A stretch of DNA of 64,000 nucleotides, from positions 8,879 through 72,878 of the IMG/VR virus record IMGVR_UViG_3300008259_000017. One strand, given 5' to 3'. The notes below the pieces were generated by a model, which saw nothing but the letters and a program-made list of their open reading frames with translations, made no database searches and had not been told where the DNA came from. Below, one piece after another: positions 28,201-38,700 of this stretch. Every line of letters begins with the position of its first letter. Position 1 is the stretch's first letter. The stretch comes from a virus. Made by a program: the position numbers and the translations under genes.

Positions 28201-30270
28201 ATAGTTTTAATTTCCTTATTACTGGGAAGATTTCCAGACGAATCTTTGATTCCATCATTAAAATTCTCCTCTGTAACAACAAAGATTTATGAAGATTCAG
28301 ACTCAAAAATGTCATTAACAAATTCTTTGCAATTTTTTGGTGTATCAATGAGAGGGGAAAATGATGGGGCAAAGATAAGAAAATCAACTTATGAAGATAA
28401 GGGTTCTGAAACTGCAAGTGGAAAAAAATCAGTATTAAATAGTATTAAAAAAAATCTTTATCTAAGTGCAACTTATTTAGAAGATTTCAAGTCAATAAAT
28501 GCAGATACGGATACAATACTTGGCAGTATTGAGTCTATAAATTTGGCTCAAAATAATCTAACTGAAGATATACAAAATGCAGCACTTGGATCTGGATCTC
28601 CTGTTGCAGCAAGCTTTGCAACTTCAGAGAATCTAAATAATATAAGAAATCAATTTAAGAAGTTATCAGGAAGAGATGCTGGATCAGGATTATCATCAAA
28701 TGATTCATTTAATGATAATGATTTTGTATTTAAAATATCAGAAGGAAAAGCAAATGATAGCTATGGAGACATCTCTGTAAAAGTAGACTCACTATTGTCA
28801 GAATTAAATAAGGCAATATCAGGAAGAGATTCATTTGTAAGATTGCTAAAATCAAACAAAGAAAGGCAGCAGGAGTTAGAGGGAGTTATAGGGGTTATAG
28901 ATGAGGAGGGTATAAATGCGCAAGATCAGACCACTTTTGTTGGTACATCTACAACTGCAAATATACTAGGAAGAGTTCAGCAAACATTAGAAAGAACATC
29001 AGATGCAATTCAAACTGTTTTGGATGTAATAACTGGAGATTCATATAAATCAAGCCCATTTGATAATTTAATAGAGGATGACTTTGTTAATGATCTTGGA
29101 TATGGATCTGGTAAAAGATACATAATACATGATGAAGATATTATAGATGCAACATTTACTGAGAAACCACCTGATTTCACAAGAGTTGATATAATTGGTG
29201 ATACACCACTTGGATTGACTTCTGAAATTCAAAGTCAGACAGATGGAACTCTTCTTTGGGCAGGGGCAACAGACTTTGATTTGTGGAGACAATACGGGTA
29301 TAAGGCAAAGCCTATGAATATACCATTCATAACAGACTCAGAAACAATGGGCAAGCCATATGCAATACTTGAGCTTATACTGCAAAGCGCAGAGGTTAAT
29401 TCAGCCTCAATAACAGTGGTTGGAAATGAATTTTATCAACCAGGAGATACGGTATATGTACCTTCCAAGAATCTTATATATTATGTAGCAGGAGTATCTC
29501 ATTCATTTACATATGGTCAGCAGTTCTCTACTCGTTTAGATTTAAAGATGGGCAGACCTCCAGGCGTATATATACCTAATCCAATGGATATTCTAGGACA
29601 AAGTGTTCTTGGGTCTTTAGATACTCCGTCATTAATATATAGATCAAGTCAATCAGATGATAATTATAGACCATTAAATCCAGAGTCAAGTATTAAAATT
29701 CCGCAGTGCATTTACGATGGCTCTTGCGGCCAAAATGAAATGGTTAAATTATTATCTTATCAGGAGAATAATTCAAGATTTACATCTATGATGTCTCATT
29801 TAAGTACAGGAGTTTTGACAAACAATTACTTCTTGCTTTTAAGAGCCTTTGTTAGATCGTCCGAAGATAATTCTGCAATAAGTATGGCAAACAAGTCTCT
29901 TGAAAAGATAGCCAGTCTATTTCAAAATCCAATTCAATATAGGGAAAATGGTTTAAGTGGCGAAGCTCAAAAGATGACCTTGCCAAATATGAGACCGGTA
30001 ATTCCAATTAATGCAGATAAAATAATTAGACAAATAAGCTTTATAAAGAAGGGAGAAGATTCTTCGAATAATCAAATACAATGTCTTGATATAAAGCTAC
30101 TTGGAGCTATAGAAAATTTTTCACATGAATATGATAATCTATTTCCAAAAGATGGTCCAAGGCAAACTACATGGCTGTCAATAAGAGATGACTTTAGAGG
30201 TCAGTTAAGTGCAAATGGCTTATTAGATGTAATTGAAGTTGGTATAATATACATTCCGGATATAGAATAA
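25231..30270 (+). CDS. Baseplate hub protein (gp27/gp44-like) with large insertions
   Basis: 1679 aa; GYVTGV..TY...ISVSCSD, MEFFCNSQGHIELRPPQWN and ASITVVGNEFYQPGDTVYV...YYVAGVSHSF...STRLDL hub motifs. Confidence 0.75.
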   Translation: MNNQLLLKISKTLQKTRKDISGGTKFVMPEEKYIETGFQTYLDEGLLNTTSPNTRKVTSLSPEATILVKKKAFSSLVSNNDIRFFDKTERMLMRASKALFAYKVQQIRAYESLTKFETYYTKTGTYSMNLLASMLRQSSFLAKDVESFQTLFQKKLKFNTAEDYANEMLKEWLLKPSDLSVDESISVIASDIKVKNGILKKEVITPTTNQQYLNQLPSTQAKYILDKKWEEFRAQFSSEITKDVISIDNYIESLSTNEKWKEGIKNEYANMQLIDIIEVIKRAAYSNDSNLTTWIVDADSLDNYLTGPGTGVIEICSFTNFSTSCTKDPSPASASFSLEYPYGISFISEDDIEIAIEEALKGTLGIFADLVTNGFKSSTNGITKPGVDGLSFLGASALLNGYDLIDSTVDSNYIRKSLRTFYLGKPIVNASDVCHFYIRGNRFKQSFGSSSNNLSTDQSEYSISDSVFKAEYELYTTKSLSYDDYKRLRQEQDNSLGMIHVYAGYVTGVTETYGGGFRTISVSCSDNMGWLSWSNVPKQPAIADVTNILEDPLTPYKLVTDDMYSLDYEKITLLDENKQLLSEGFLSYSNGLLAGKNSTIDNLYQGQYRGIGSLDGSKIMQHADGFVYRWKTGIMTATAGFQTTGSRSTKELQQFTQYYSISSVKNPVNNLDIANIISVLITGEPYNILSFLEKTGSTGVKSDRFSTTLNSQDPLTGYLESIKKQNKIYGNFKPYRLFTQNSYTLNILRLQGKKQELNNDVKKLLDRKNKLNDQIIKLKNTIKSSNSPIILTIQSEIKSIDIAIDSKIGEATEAANTLNSAQLTSQGLMVSALFGNGDAIPFYLGSTKEEHEETVRAISKVGATRRIEDVRLNRDNNLLIISDQYDTSDIRPFILGLNSSQFKKFDGEYESLDQLCREAAQYIHMEFFCNSQGHIELRPPQWNKTPLSLLRNLVRYKKLTGKNIIPDFIIKNFETREKSIYENIYYYNIRIVLISLLLGRFPDESLIPSLKFSSVTTKIYEDSDSKMSLTNSLQFFGVSMRGENDGAKIRKSTYEDKGSETASGKKSVLNSIKKNLYLSATYLEDFKSINADTDTILGSIESINLAQNNLTEDIQNAALGSGSPVAASFATSENLNNIRNQFKKLSGRDAGSGLSSNDSFNDNDFVFKISEGKANDSYGDISVKVDSLLSELNKAISGRDSFVRLLKSNKERQQELEGVIGVIDEEGINAQDQTTFVGTSTTANILGRVQQTLERTSDAIQTVLDVITGDSYKSSPFDNLIEDDFVNDLGYGSGKRYIIHDEDIIDATFTEKPPDFTRVDIIGDTPLGLTSEIQSQTDGTLLWAGATDFDLWRQYGYKAKPMNIPFITDSETMGKPYAILELILQSAEVNSASITVVGNEFYQPGDTVYVPSKNLIYYVAGVSHSFTYGQQFSTRLDLKMGRPPGVYIPNPMDILGQSVLGSLDTPSLIYRSSQSDDNYRPLNPESSIKIPQCIYDGSCGQNEMVKLLSYQENNSRFTSMMSHLSTGVLTNNYFLLLRAFVRSSEDNSAISMANKSLEKIASLFQNPIQYRENGLSGEAQKMTLPNMRPVIPINADKIIRQISFIKKGEDSSNNQIQCLDIKLLGAIENFSHEYDNLFPKDGPRQTTWLSIRDDFRGQLSANGLLDVIEVGIIYIPDIE

Positions 30271-32711
30271 TGTCATCAATAAATAATTTAATAAATAAAA
30301 TAAAATATGATATAGAAGAGACAATGGTTACAACCATTCCATCTGAAGCTATTGTTAAGAATGTAGCTAAAGATGGAAGAATTGTTTTTAAACATATTTC
30401 ATCACCAAGTGAAATGATTGATACTGAGCTAGGCTCTTTAACTGGTGGATCACATGGCTTATTCTATAAACCATTAGAAGGTTCAAAAATATTACTTACA
30501 AGAGTTTATCCGGGTAGTACAAACCATACTCAGGTATTGCGAGTTATAAATAATCCAGCTAGACTTCAGCATGATAGCTATGAAAATCCATTACCAGATA
30601 CTGATCCAGGTTATATCCATGATGGAAACTTTGAAATAGAACCTGGCGATGTAATGATTAGATCTATTGTAAACGGAAAGGTTAAGCTTACTAAGATTGG
30701 TAATGATGGAGAGCTCATTGAGATTATAGATTCTAATAATTCCGGATTTTATATCTCTACTGGATTTTCAGAAACAAAAATATCAGAAGTCTCTGATTAC
30801 AAGCAAGAGGTCAACTCATCAGGAAGAAAGGTAGCTGGAAAGATAAATAATATAAAAAAGAATGTTTTAAATCAAGAATTAAATCATGAATACTTTGTTG
30901 ATAAAGATGTAATTTTTGATTTTGACAAAACACTAGGGATTTATGGCCCAACAGCTAGAGATTTTTATAGTCAAAATGAAGCAAGAAATCCAGCATTAAC
31001 AGTTCAAAAACTTGTAGTAAATCAGATAAACGAAGGAGCAAGATTTATAGGCTTTGATAAAGAGCTGGAGCTTATAAATAGCAAGCTTATAGATAAATCT
31101 TACTCTAGTATAGAATTAGCAAGATATTTAAATGCAAGAAAAGATGATAATTTATTTTTTATGACACCAGATCAAATAATCCAAGTTATAGCTGGTACTG
31201 CAGCGGTTGATGACTTTGATTCCATAAATATAAATTATAATAAAACAGAAATAAAAGATTTTAAAAATCATAGAGATTACTTTTTAGTAAAAAATACTCA
31301 AAATAATATTTTCAATAAAATAAAATCATCATTCAAAAGAGGCATAGGATATCACTTTCAGCTAAATACTCATAATTCAATTTTAGATGATTTTTCTTCA
31401 CTAAACAATACAAGATTTATTTTAGATAAGGAAGGAGTTTTAAAAGTTAACATACCAAAGTCTTCAAAAACTGGAAATATACTATATGTAGATCAAACTT
31501 ATTTTATGAAAGGGCAAGGACAAACAAGCCCTTCTATATCCCCTGGATTTGCTAATCAGACAAGAACTGAGCAAATACCAGTAACATTAAGAGATTCCGA
31601 TGGCAAGGTTGTATTTCCAAAGAGAACTCAGCAGGAGGCAACTTCTAGAAGATTAACAGTTACAAGGCAAACTGGAATTGAATTTTTAAACTCAAATGGT
31701 TATTTTGGAGATCAAGGGTCTGATTTAAACAGAGTAAGGGTGAATACAACAAGATGGCATAATATGCCAGCAGCATGTGAGCTTCTAACTGCAAACTATA
31801 TAGAAGATGTTTCAATACCAACAGTAACATCATCAGAGATAGCCCCGCATCTTTTGATAGGAAATATGTATGAAAAGACATTTGAGAGGTATGGGCAGTC
31901 TTTCAAGTCAAGCGTTACAAGGCCTGGAAACCCAGCATTCCACTCTGATATTATGGCAACAGTAAGGGTTGCTCCAACTCCTCCAGTTATAAATCCAGGT
32001 GGATTGCAGTATATTTCCGGAGACAAATATGGAAATGATATACCGTATACAAATGATGATCAAGGACTAAATGAATCAACAAAAACCTATAGCGGAGTAA
32101 GTGCAAATATAAATTTTGAAGGATCTTTAGAGGCATCTGTAGGCGCAGATGATGCAGATGGAAAAAGCATAACTCTTGATACGCAGGGTTCAGCAGTTGC
32201 TTGGTTTGGAAAGGATAAGCAAGGCAGAAGCGTAGCAATGCAAACAGATGGAAGTGTCATGGTTAATATTGGTGGTCATGATTCCTCTGGAAAATTTAAC
32301 ATCGGAAGACTTGATCTAAGAGTAAACCTTACAGATAAAGGTATTCTAAGTGAGAATGAAACGCAAAAACCAACTAACTATAAAGATGGTGATTCTGACT
32401 TCCTGATTTCTATCAGCGAAAAGGGTATTATAATTTCAGGAATGAAAAAAGAAGTTCCTATGATTATAAATAACTCTGGAAAGATATGTTTGCAGTCACC
32501 TTCTGGTATTGATTTAAATGGTGGAGCAGGAGGTGTAACAATTACTGAAAAGCAATTGGCACCAAGACCTACATATATGAGCCCAGAGTCAAAGAACACG
32601 GATTCTACTCAAAACCCTGGCGAGCTATCAGATATTGAGACAATCCAAAAAATGTTAACAGAACTCGCTGCAGAAATAGAATCATTAAAGAGTGGAAAAC
32701 AAGAATACTAG
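30270..32711 (+). CDS. Central baseplate spike (gp5/gpV-like)
   Basis: 813 aa after hub; OB-fold-like GLFYKPLEGSKILL, EPGDVMIRS, Gly-rich beta-repeat C-terminal region. Confidence 0.6.
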   Translation: MSSINNLINKIKYDIEETMVTTIPSEAIVKNVAKDGRIVFKHISSPSEMIDTELGSLTGGSHGLFYKPLEGSKILLTRVYPGSTNHTQVLRVINNPARLQHDSYENPLPDTDPGYIHDGNFEIEPGDVMIRSIVNGKVKLTKIGNDGELIEIIDSNNSGFYISTGFSETKISEVSDYKQEVNSSGRKVAGKINNIKKNVLNQELNHEYFVDKDVIFDFDKTLGIYGPTARDFYSQNEARNPALTVQKLVVNQINEGARFIGFDKELELINSKLIDKSYSSIELARYLNARKDDNLFFMTPDQIIQVIAGTAAVDDFDSININYNKTEIKDFKNHRDYFLVKNTQNNIFNKIKSSFKRGIGYHFQLNTHNSILDDFSSLNNTRFILDKEGVLKVNIPKSSKTGNILYVDQTYFMKGQGQTSPSISPGFANQTRTEQIPVTLRDSDGKVVFPKRTQQEATSRRLTVTRQTGIEFLNSNGYFGDQGSDLNRVRVNTTRWHNMPAACELLTANYIEDVSIPTVTSSEIAPHLLIGNMYEKTFERYGQSFKSSVTRPGNPAFHSDIMATVRVAPTPPVINPGGLQYISGDKYGNDIPYTNDDQGLNESTKTYSGVSANINFEGSLEASVGADDADGKSITLDTQGSAVAWFGKDKQGRSVAMQTDGSVMVNIGGHDSSGKFNIGRLDLRVNLTDKGILSENETQKPTNYKDGDSDFLISISEKGIIISGMKKEVPMIINNSGKICLQSPSGIDLNGGAGGVTITEKQLAPRPTYMSPESKNTDSTQNPGELSDIETIQKMLTELAAEIESLKSGKQEY

Positions 32712-32719
32712 AGGTTTAA

Positions 32720-35700
32720 ATGTCATCAATATTATCAGTTGTAGCTGGAGCAATAAATAAGCAAGAAGTAAATGTATCAATAGATATAAATTGTAATCCA
32801 GTAGATCCAGCAACTGTTGGAGCAGATTTATTTGGAAATCCAATATATGAAGTAATATCTCCAATAAACACTGAAAACTTAGTACCACTAAATGGCGGCT
32901 CAGTACTAAAGGTATATGGAAATCCAGGATTTACAATTGGAATAGATGGCAGCGGAAGTCAGACAAGCTCTTATGCTTCCAAAATAAGAGCAATAAAGTC
33001 GATCATATCATCAGAGCTAGAACAAAGTTCATTAAAAGAAAGAGCTTTTGATGGATATAAATCAATGTCCTGGATTAGAACTAGGATAAATAAATGTCTA
33101 GCCTCAATATCAAATTATATATCTAGCGTTCCTTACGATAAAAGTATTTATCAAGAAGATAAGGTTCCAGAATTTATATTAAGCAGAAGGTATTTTACAG
33201 CTGCAAATGACATAAAAACAACTACAGATAGCTATAAAAATTATTTAAGTGGACTAGGAAAGAGAGATGAAGAGCTAAATCCATTTGGATATTTTTGCTT
33301 TATACCATTTGAAGCCATTCTTTATATATTTGAACTTTTATCAAATATTTCACCAGATGGATTAACTGGAACTGGATTATTTTCTGCAAATGCATTATCT
33401 CCAGACTCAGAAAGAATAACCTTCAAGAGCATATATGATGCGCTGCTAGATGTAAGTGTAAATGGAGTTAGCTGGTCAAATAAGACTAGTGCTGTATTAG
33501 CTAGTGCTGTACTAGAGCTATTCTCCGTAATAAGATTTGACGAAAACTCTTATTACACAGATGCATCAGATAAAAATAAATTAGCCGGATATTATACATT
33601 TTTAAATGGTACTTTTTATTTAAAAACTCCAAATTTAAGCGGAAAGGATTCAAGGGAATCTTATAGTGACTTTATTTACATTGATAATGATGGATCATTA
33701 GAGCTGCTGCAATTTGTATTAGAAATTCTACTTCCAGAAGATTCATTAAGCAAGTCTTTGCCAATCTTATACAGTCAGCTACCAAATTTGTCTATTATAA
33801 ATGTAACAATAGACTATACAGATGGAGCTAGTGAGCAAGCGAATAGAAACATTACTTTAGAAAAAATGAATAAGAAAGCTTATGGGGAGCTTAAGGATTA
33901 TTCATTTAAGTTATCGCCTATTATAAAATCATCATTAAGAAATAATAATATATTAAATACTATAAGTAAGTTTAATCAGAGCTGTAGCGGATTAGCTATA
34001 AATAAAGATCAAGCAATTGAAGCTTTTCCAATTCCAGTTGATATAAACTTTAAATATTTTAATCAAGTAAAAGACTATAATCAAAAAGCAGAAGATCTTT
34101 TTAAATTATATAATTCAGTACCTTTGCATCTTGATGTTTCAAAATCAATAACCAGAGTAGATTCTCTTGATTCCTATTTGTCTGCAATAAATAGACCAGA
34201 ATTAATCTTGTCAGATAGAGACTCAGAGATTACTACTAATCAATTAGAGAAGAATGATTTAGCATTATTTTCTACAAGTAATCAATACTCAAGGATAGCG
34301 CTGTCTGGGTCTAAGCCAGAGTATTTATTTAAATTTGAAAAAGGTCTAGAATTACCTCCAGTTCCAAATATAGATAGTCAAAATGCTTACCCTTTACACT
34401 GGCTAAGTCTAAATCAATCAGAAGGAGAGAATGAATTTAGTCTGAGCTTATCACAAGATTCAGTAGCTAAGTTGAATTCTATTTACTCAATTGAAAAAGA
34501 AACTGGAAATGGAATTATAAACCTATTAGATGTTGAATTTGCACTATATATTATTCACAATGCAACTGGCCAATTCTTAAGATTGCCTGGTCCAAATATA
34601 TTAATAAACGTAGCAGAGTCTTCTATAACTCAGATAATACCGGACGGATTTTATGGTGGTAAACCAATAACTCCATCTGACAATCTTTCCTTCAAGATAG
34701 TAGGAGAGAATTTAGAAAACGCACAAGGCGTTTATATAGCTCTGGAAACAGAAGATAGGCTAATAATAGGTTCAAACGAACCAGGCTTTATAGCTACAAA
34801 TAATCAGATATCTGTATTTTCTACAAAATTATGGTCCGAGGTTCTTTCGCTTATTGGAAAGTTTAAAGTATTTGTAAAAACAATAAAAACTGCAAATAAA
34901 AAAACCAATACAAAAGAAATAAATATAAGTGCTGATGGCACATCAGCGCAAAACCTAGAAAGAAATATAAATACAAAGTTATTTTTTACATCATTAAATT
35001 CAATTTATTCTTCAGTAGAAGGTAAGCCTAAAAAACTAGCCAATAATGTTATTAATAATAAATCACCAGATTCAATACCTCTAGCTCTAGATGGAACTAG
35101 CGTATCACTATCTTTAAAATCAAAAGATACATATGTTTTTTCTGAATCATCAAGGGGAGGTTTATATTGCTATCTTGCTGTAAAAGATGAGGATATAGCA
35201 AACTCTGTAGGCTTAAAAAGTGATGTAGCAAAAGTAACAGTTGCTGGTGAAAATTACTACTTTAATAAAAAACTAGAATGGGCATATGGATCTGAATATT
35301 TTAAAAAATCAAAAATAGGAAATCTTGTAGAACTTTCTATTCCAGGTCCGGCAAAAAATACTCCATTAAATTTATCAAAATTTATAGAAACTACTGGTGC
35401 TCATAAGTCGTATCTTATATTTACAAATTCAAAAATAACTAGCAATACCGAATTTGATATAACATCCTCCACAAGTGAATTTCCAGTATCAATATTGCAG
35501 CTAGGAAAAGATCAATTAGATAAGCCAGCATTTATAACTCCTCCATATATATTGGGCTTATTTGCAGATATTGATAAGGAGTCTGGTGGTGCGGCAGATT
35601 TTAATATAAGCGAAGCTTATAATGCACAGGAAGGTTTATTTTTAAAAATTAAAAACGCAATACCATCTGGAATGTTATCAAGTGATGTTATTGTTAAAAT

Positions 35701-38700
35701 AAATGGATCAGAGTCAATATCTGCAAAAGACAATATTAAATATTTAATGGTCTTGTTTAAATCTCCAAATAGAAAGTCAAATATATTATCAAAGTACCAT
35801 AATTTTTATATAGAGAGTTTAAAGATAAATAAGTTTAGATTTAGAAAAGTAAAATATCTAGAAAAAAATATTGCAGTAGCTATATTTAAAAATATAAATA
35901 ATTTGCCAAAGATAGGTTATTCTGAAGTTAAAATATTAAGACAGAACCTAGAACACTTTGGCACAACTTCATCCGACCTTTATACCAAGGTATCAAAGAG
36001 AATAAATACTGTACAGCCTGATGGTAATGATATAATTTTAAACACCGATGTGCGTAGTCTTGATTCTTACAATGTACTCAATGGGAAGCTTATACCAGAA
36101 AATTGTATAGTCCCAATAAATACAAACTCCGTATATTCTGGAATCCTGCAATACTTTGGGTATTTGACGCCTGCCGCATTAGCTCCAAGATGGTCAGCAA
36201 ATGAGGGCTTGGAGGATATATCAAGAGATCCACCTCCTTATATAAGATTTTCTAATCCAGTTATAATAAAAACAAACATAGATCTCTTTGTAGGTGACGA
36301 ATCATCTAATCCTTATGGTGCAGTGCTATCAGATCAGAAGGTTGAGGACGGTGCTACAAAAGAGGACTATGTAAAGCTTTCATCTGAAAAAATTTATCCA
36401 ATTGTAAGCAGAGAGTATGCTGAATCAAAAGCTGCTTTGCAAAAAAAGGAATCAGAGCAAAAGTTAAACAATATAACATCATCAAATGAAAAAATTAAAG
36501 ATAGCGATACAGCGACCGAGGAAGATAAGGCTGCCGCAGAAAGTTCATCTTTAATAGTCACTGATATAGCAGGGCTTCAAGGTGAGCTAGATGCACTACT
36601 GGCAAATGTAAACTCAGCTACTGCTGAGATAATGGCTAAGATAGAGCAGATAAATGAATTGCTAAGGAAGGCTTCGGCAATTGCTGATAAGCTATCGAGT
36701 GGTGTGTTTGCAGCCTTAGACTCAATAGAGGAAATGATAGGAAATACAAGTAGGCCAGAAGATGTATCTGCTATATCACAGTATAGGTGCTTGATACCAG
36801 ATACTATTGCAAAAAACTCTTCTTACTCAAGCTATGATGGTTCTGAGTTTTTTATAACTATAACAACACATATTGCAAAAGCACACTCAATTAAGCAAAG
36901 AATTCCAGAAATTTTAAAAATATCTATAGATGGCAAAGAATACAATTCCGATAACTATAAAGATATAACAATTGGATCAAATCCAATTGTTATAAATATA
37001 TATGTAAAAGATGGTGATAAAGATTTAAAAATAGAGCTATCTAAGTTTAGAGTTTCATCTACATTTAAAGAAAAAACATCGGATGGAATATTTATTTACA
37101 CAGCTACAATAAATCCAAGCGATAGAATTCAGTTATTTGAGACAAATGATTGTATAAAACTATCAGTTAGTACGACCAACAAAGATCGCTTGAATATAAA
37201 CAGAACTATATCTCCAGAATTCGGACAAGATATTGATAGAGCGATGGATAGGGCAAAGGGTGGTATAGATAAGTTTAAGAAAAAATCAAAAAAGAAAATT
37301 GATGATAAAATTAAGCAAGCAAAGCTAAAGGTAGGTCCATGGATAACTGACGCTTCTCTTGCTGCGCAAGATGTAATAAGAAGCTTTTGCGACTTCTCAT
37401 TTCATTTAACGGCAGAAATTGCATTCCAGTTAAAAGCACTGAGAATTATTTATGTTCCTATAAAAGTTATCTTCTGTATAATTGATGTTTTATGTGCCTT
37501 AACAAATCCTGTCAAATTGGCTTTGGCAATCATAAGATTGTTTGTATGTTTGTTTGATCTACTATTACTATTGCCACAGCTTGCACTTCCTGTTTTATTC
37601 CTAACTCTTTTGATCCACATATTGGAACTATTACTCTGTGTAATCCAGAAGATTATAACAATGGTGGTTGCAACAAATGAGATAATAGATGCTTTGGAAA
37701 GAGCTGTAAAAGAAAGATCATTTGAAGCTATAAAAAACCTAGAAATAGCTTTAGAAGAGCATTTAATAACAATCGAAGCAGACTTACAAGTAATGGAGCC
37801 GATTCTTCAGATAATTGCATTAATACAAGAGTTATTGCAGCTTGTATTTGCATTTCCATGTCAAGTAAATCAAGATCCCGACGACCCAGGTTGTATAGAT
37901 CCTTCTATGCTGGCCGGATTGATTGTAGGAAAGGTTGCTCCAAGTGGGCAGCTAGTTCCAGATGCAATGATTCCAATGGCACAGGCATATACAAACCTTT
38001 CATCTCAAAGAACTGGAACAGAAGGCAATACACCAGATTCTCCTGATCATGATCCAGAAGATGTAACTGATATAGATTATAATTCACCTCCAAAGAATGA
38101 GGCTGGAAATAAAATATCAAACGTGCTATATAAAACTACTGAGGCAATTGATGCAAATAGTGATGTTATAGTATCCAACAACTCGTTATTTGCTGGTAAT
38201 GCTCTCCCTGATTTGATAGACTCTCAGACTCAGCTTCCAAAGACTGTTCAACCTGGTGGCTATTTCTCTGGTGATTCAGATGGAGATGGAAAGATTGATA
38301 ATATAAATTATGAGAAGTTGAGATTTAAAAATGGAGATTTTAATGCAACATTTACAATGTCTTGCACAAAAGCTAAAAAGAAATTTAGCTTTGGACTTCC
38401 ATTTCTAAATCCAAAAAATGACCCAAGATTTGTTGAATTTAGATTTAATAACAGAGGCTTAACAAATAACTTTATATTTGGCAAATTTGCAAACTTCTTT
38501 GGAATCAAAGGCAAAGTAATTGATGAGAACTTTCCATTGGATTCAAACCCAACATTCTTATCTGCAAATGGAAATGAGCTAAAAATCTTTTCACAGGCAT
38601 CCTCTTCATTTAATTCAGACAAAATAAAGCTAATAAGCCCAATTGATGGATTCTCAGACTTTATAGAGTATGTAGGCGTTGATAGCGGGTTTGGAGATAC

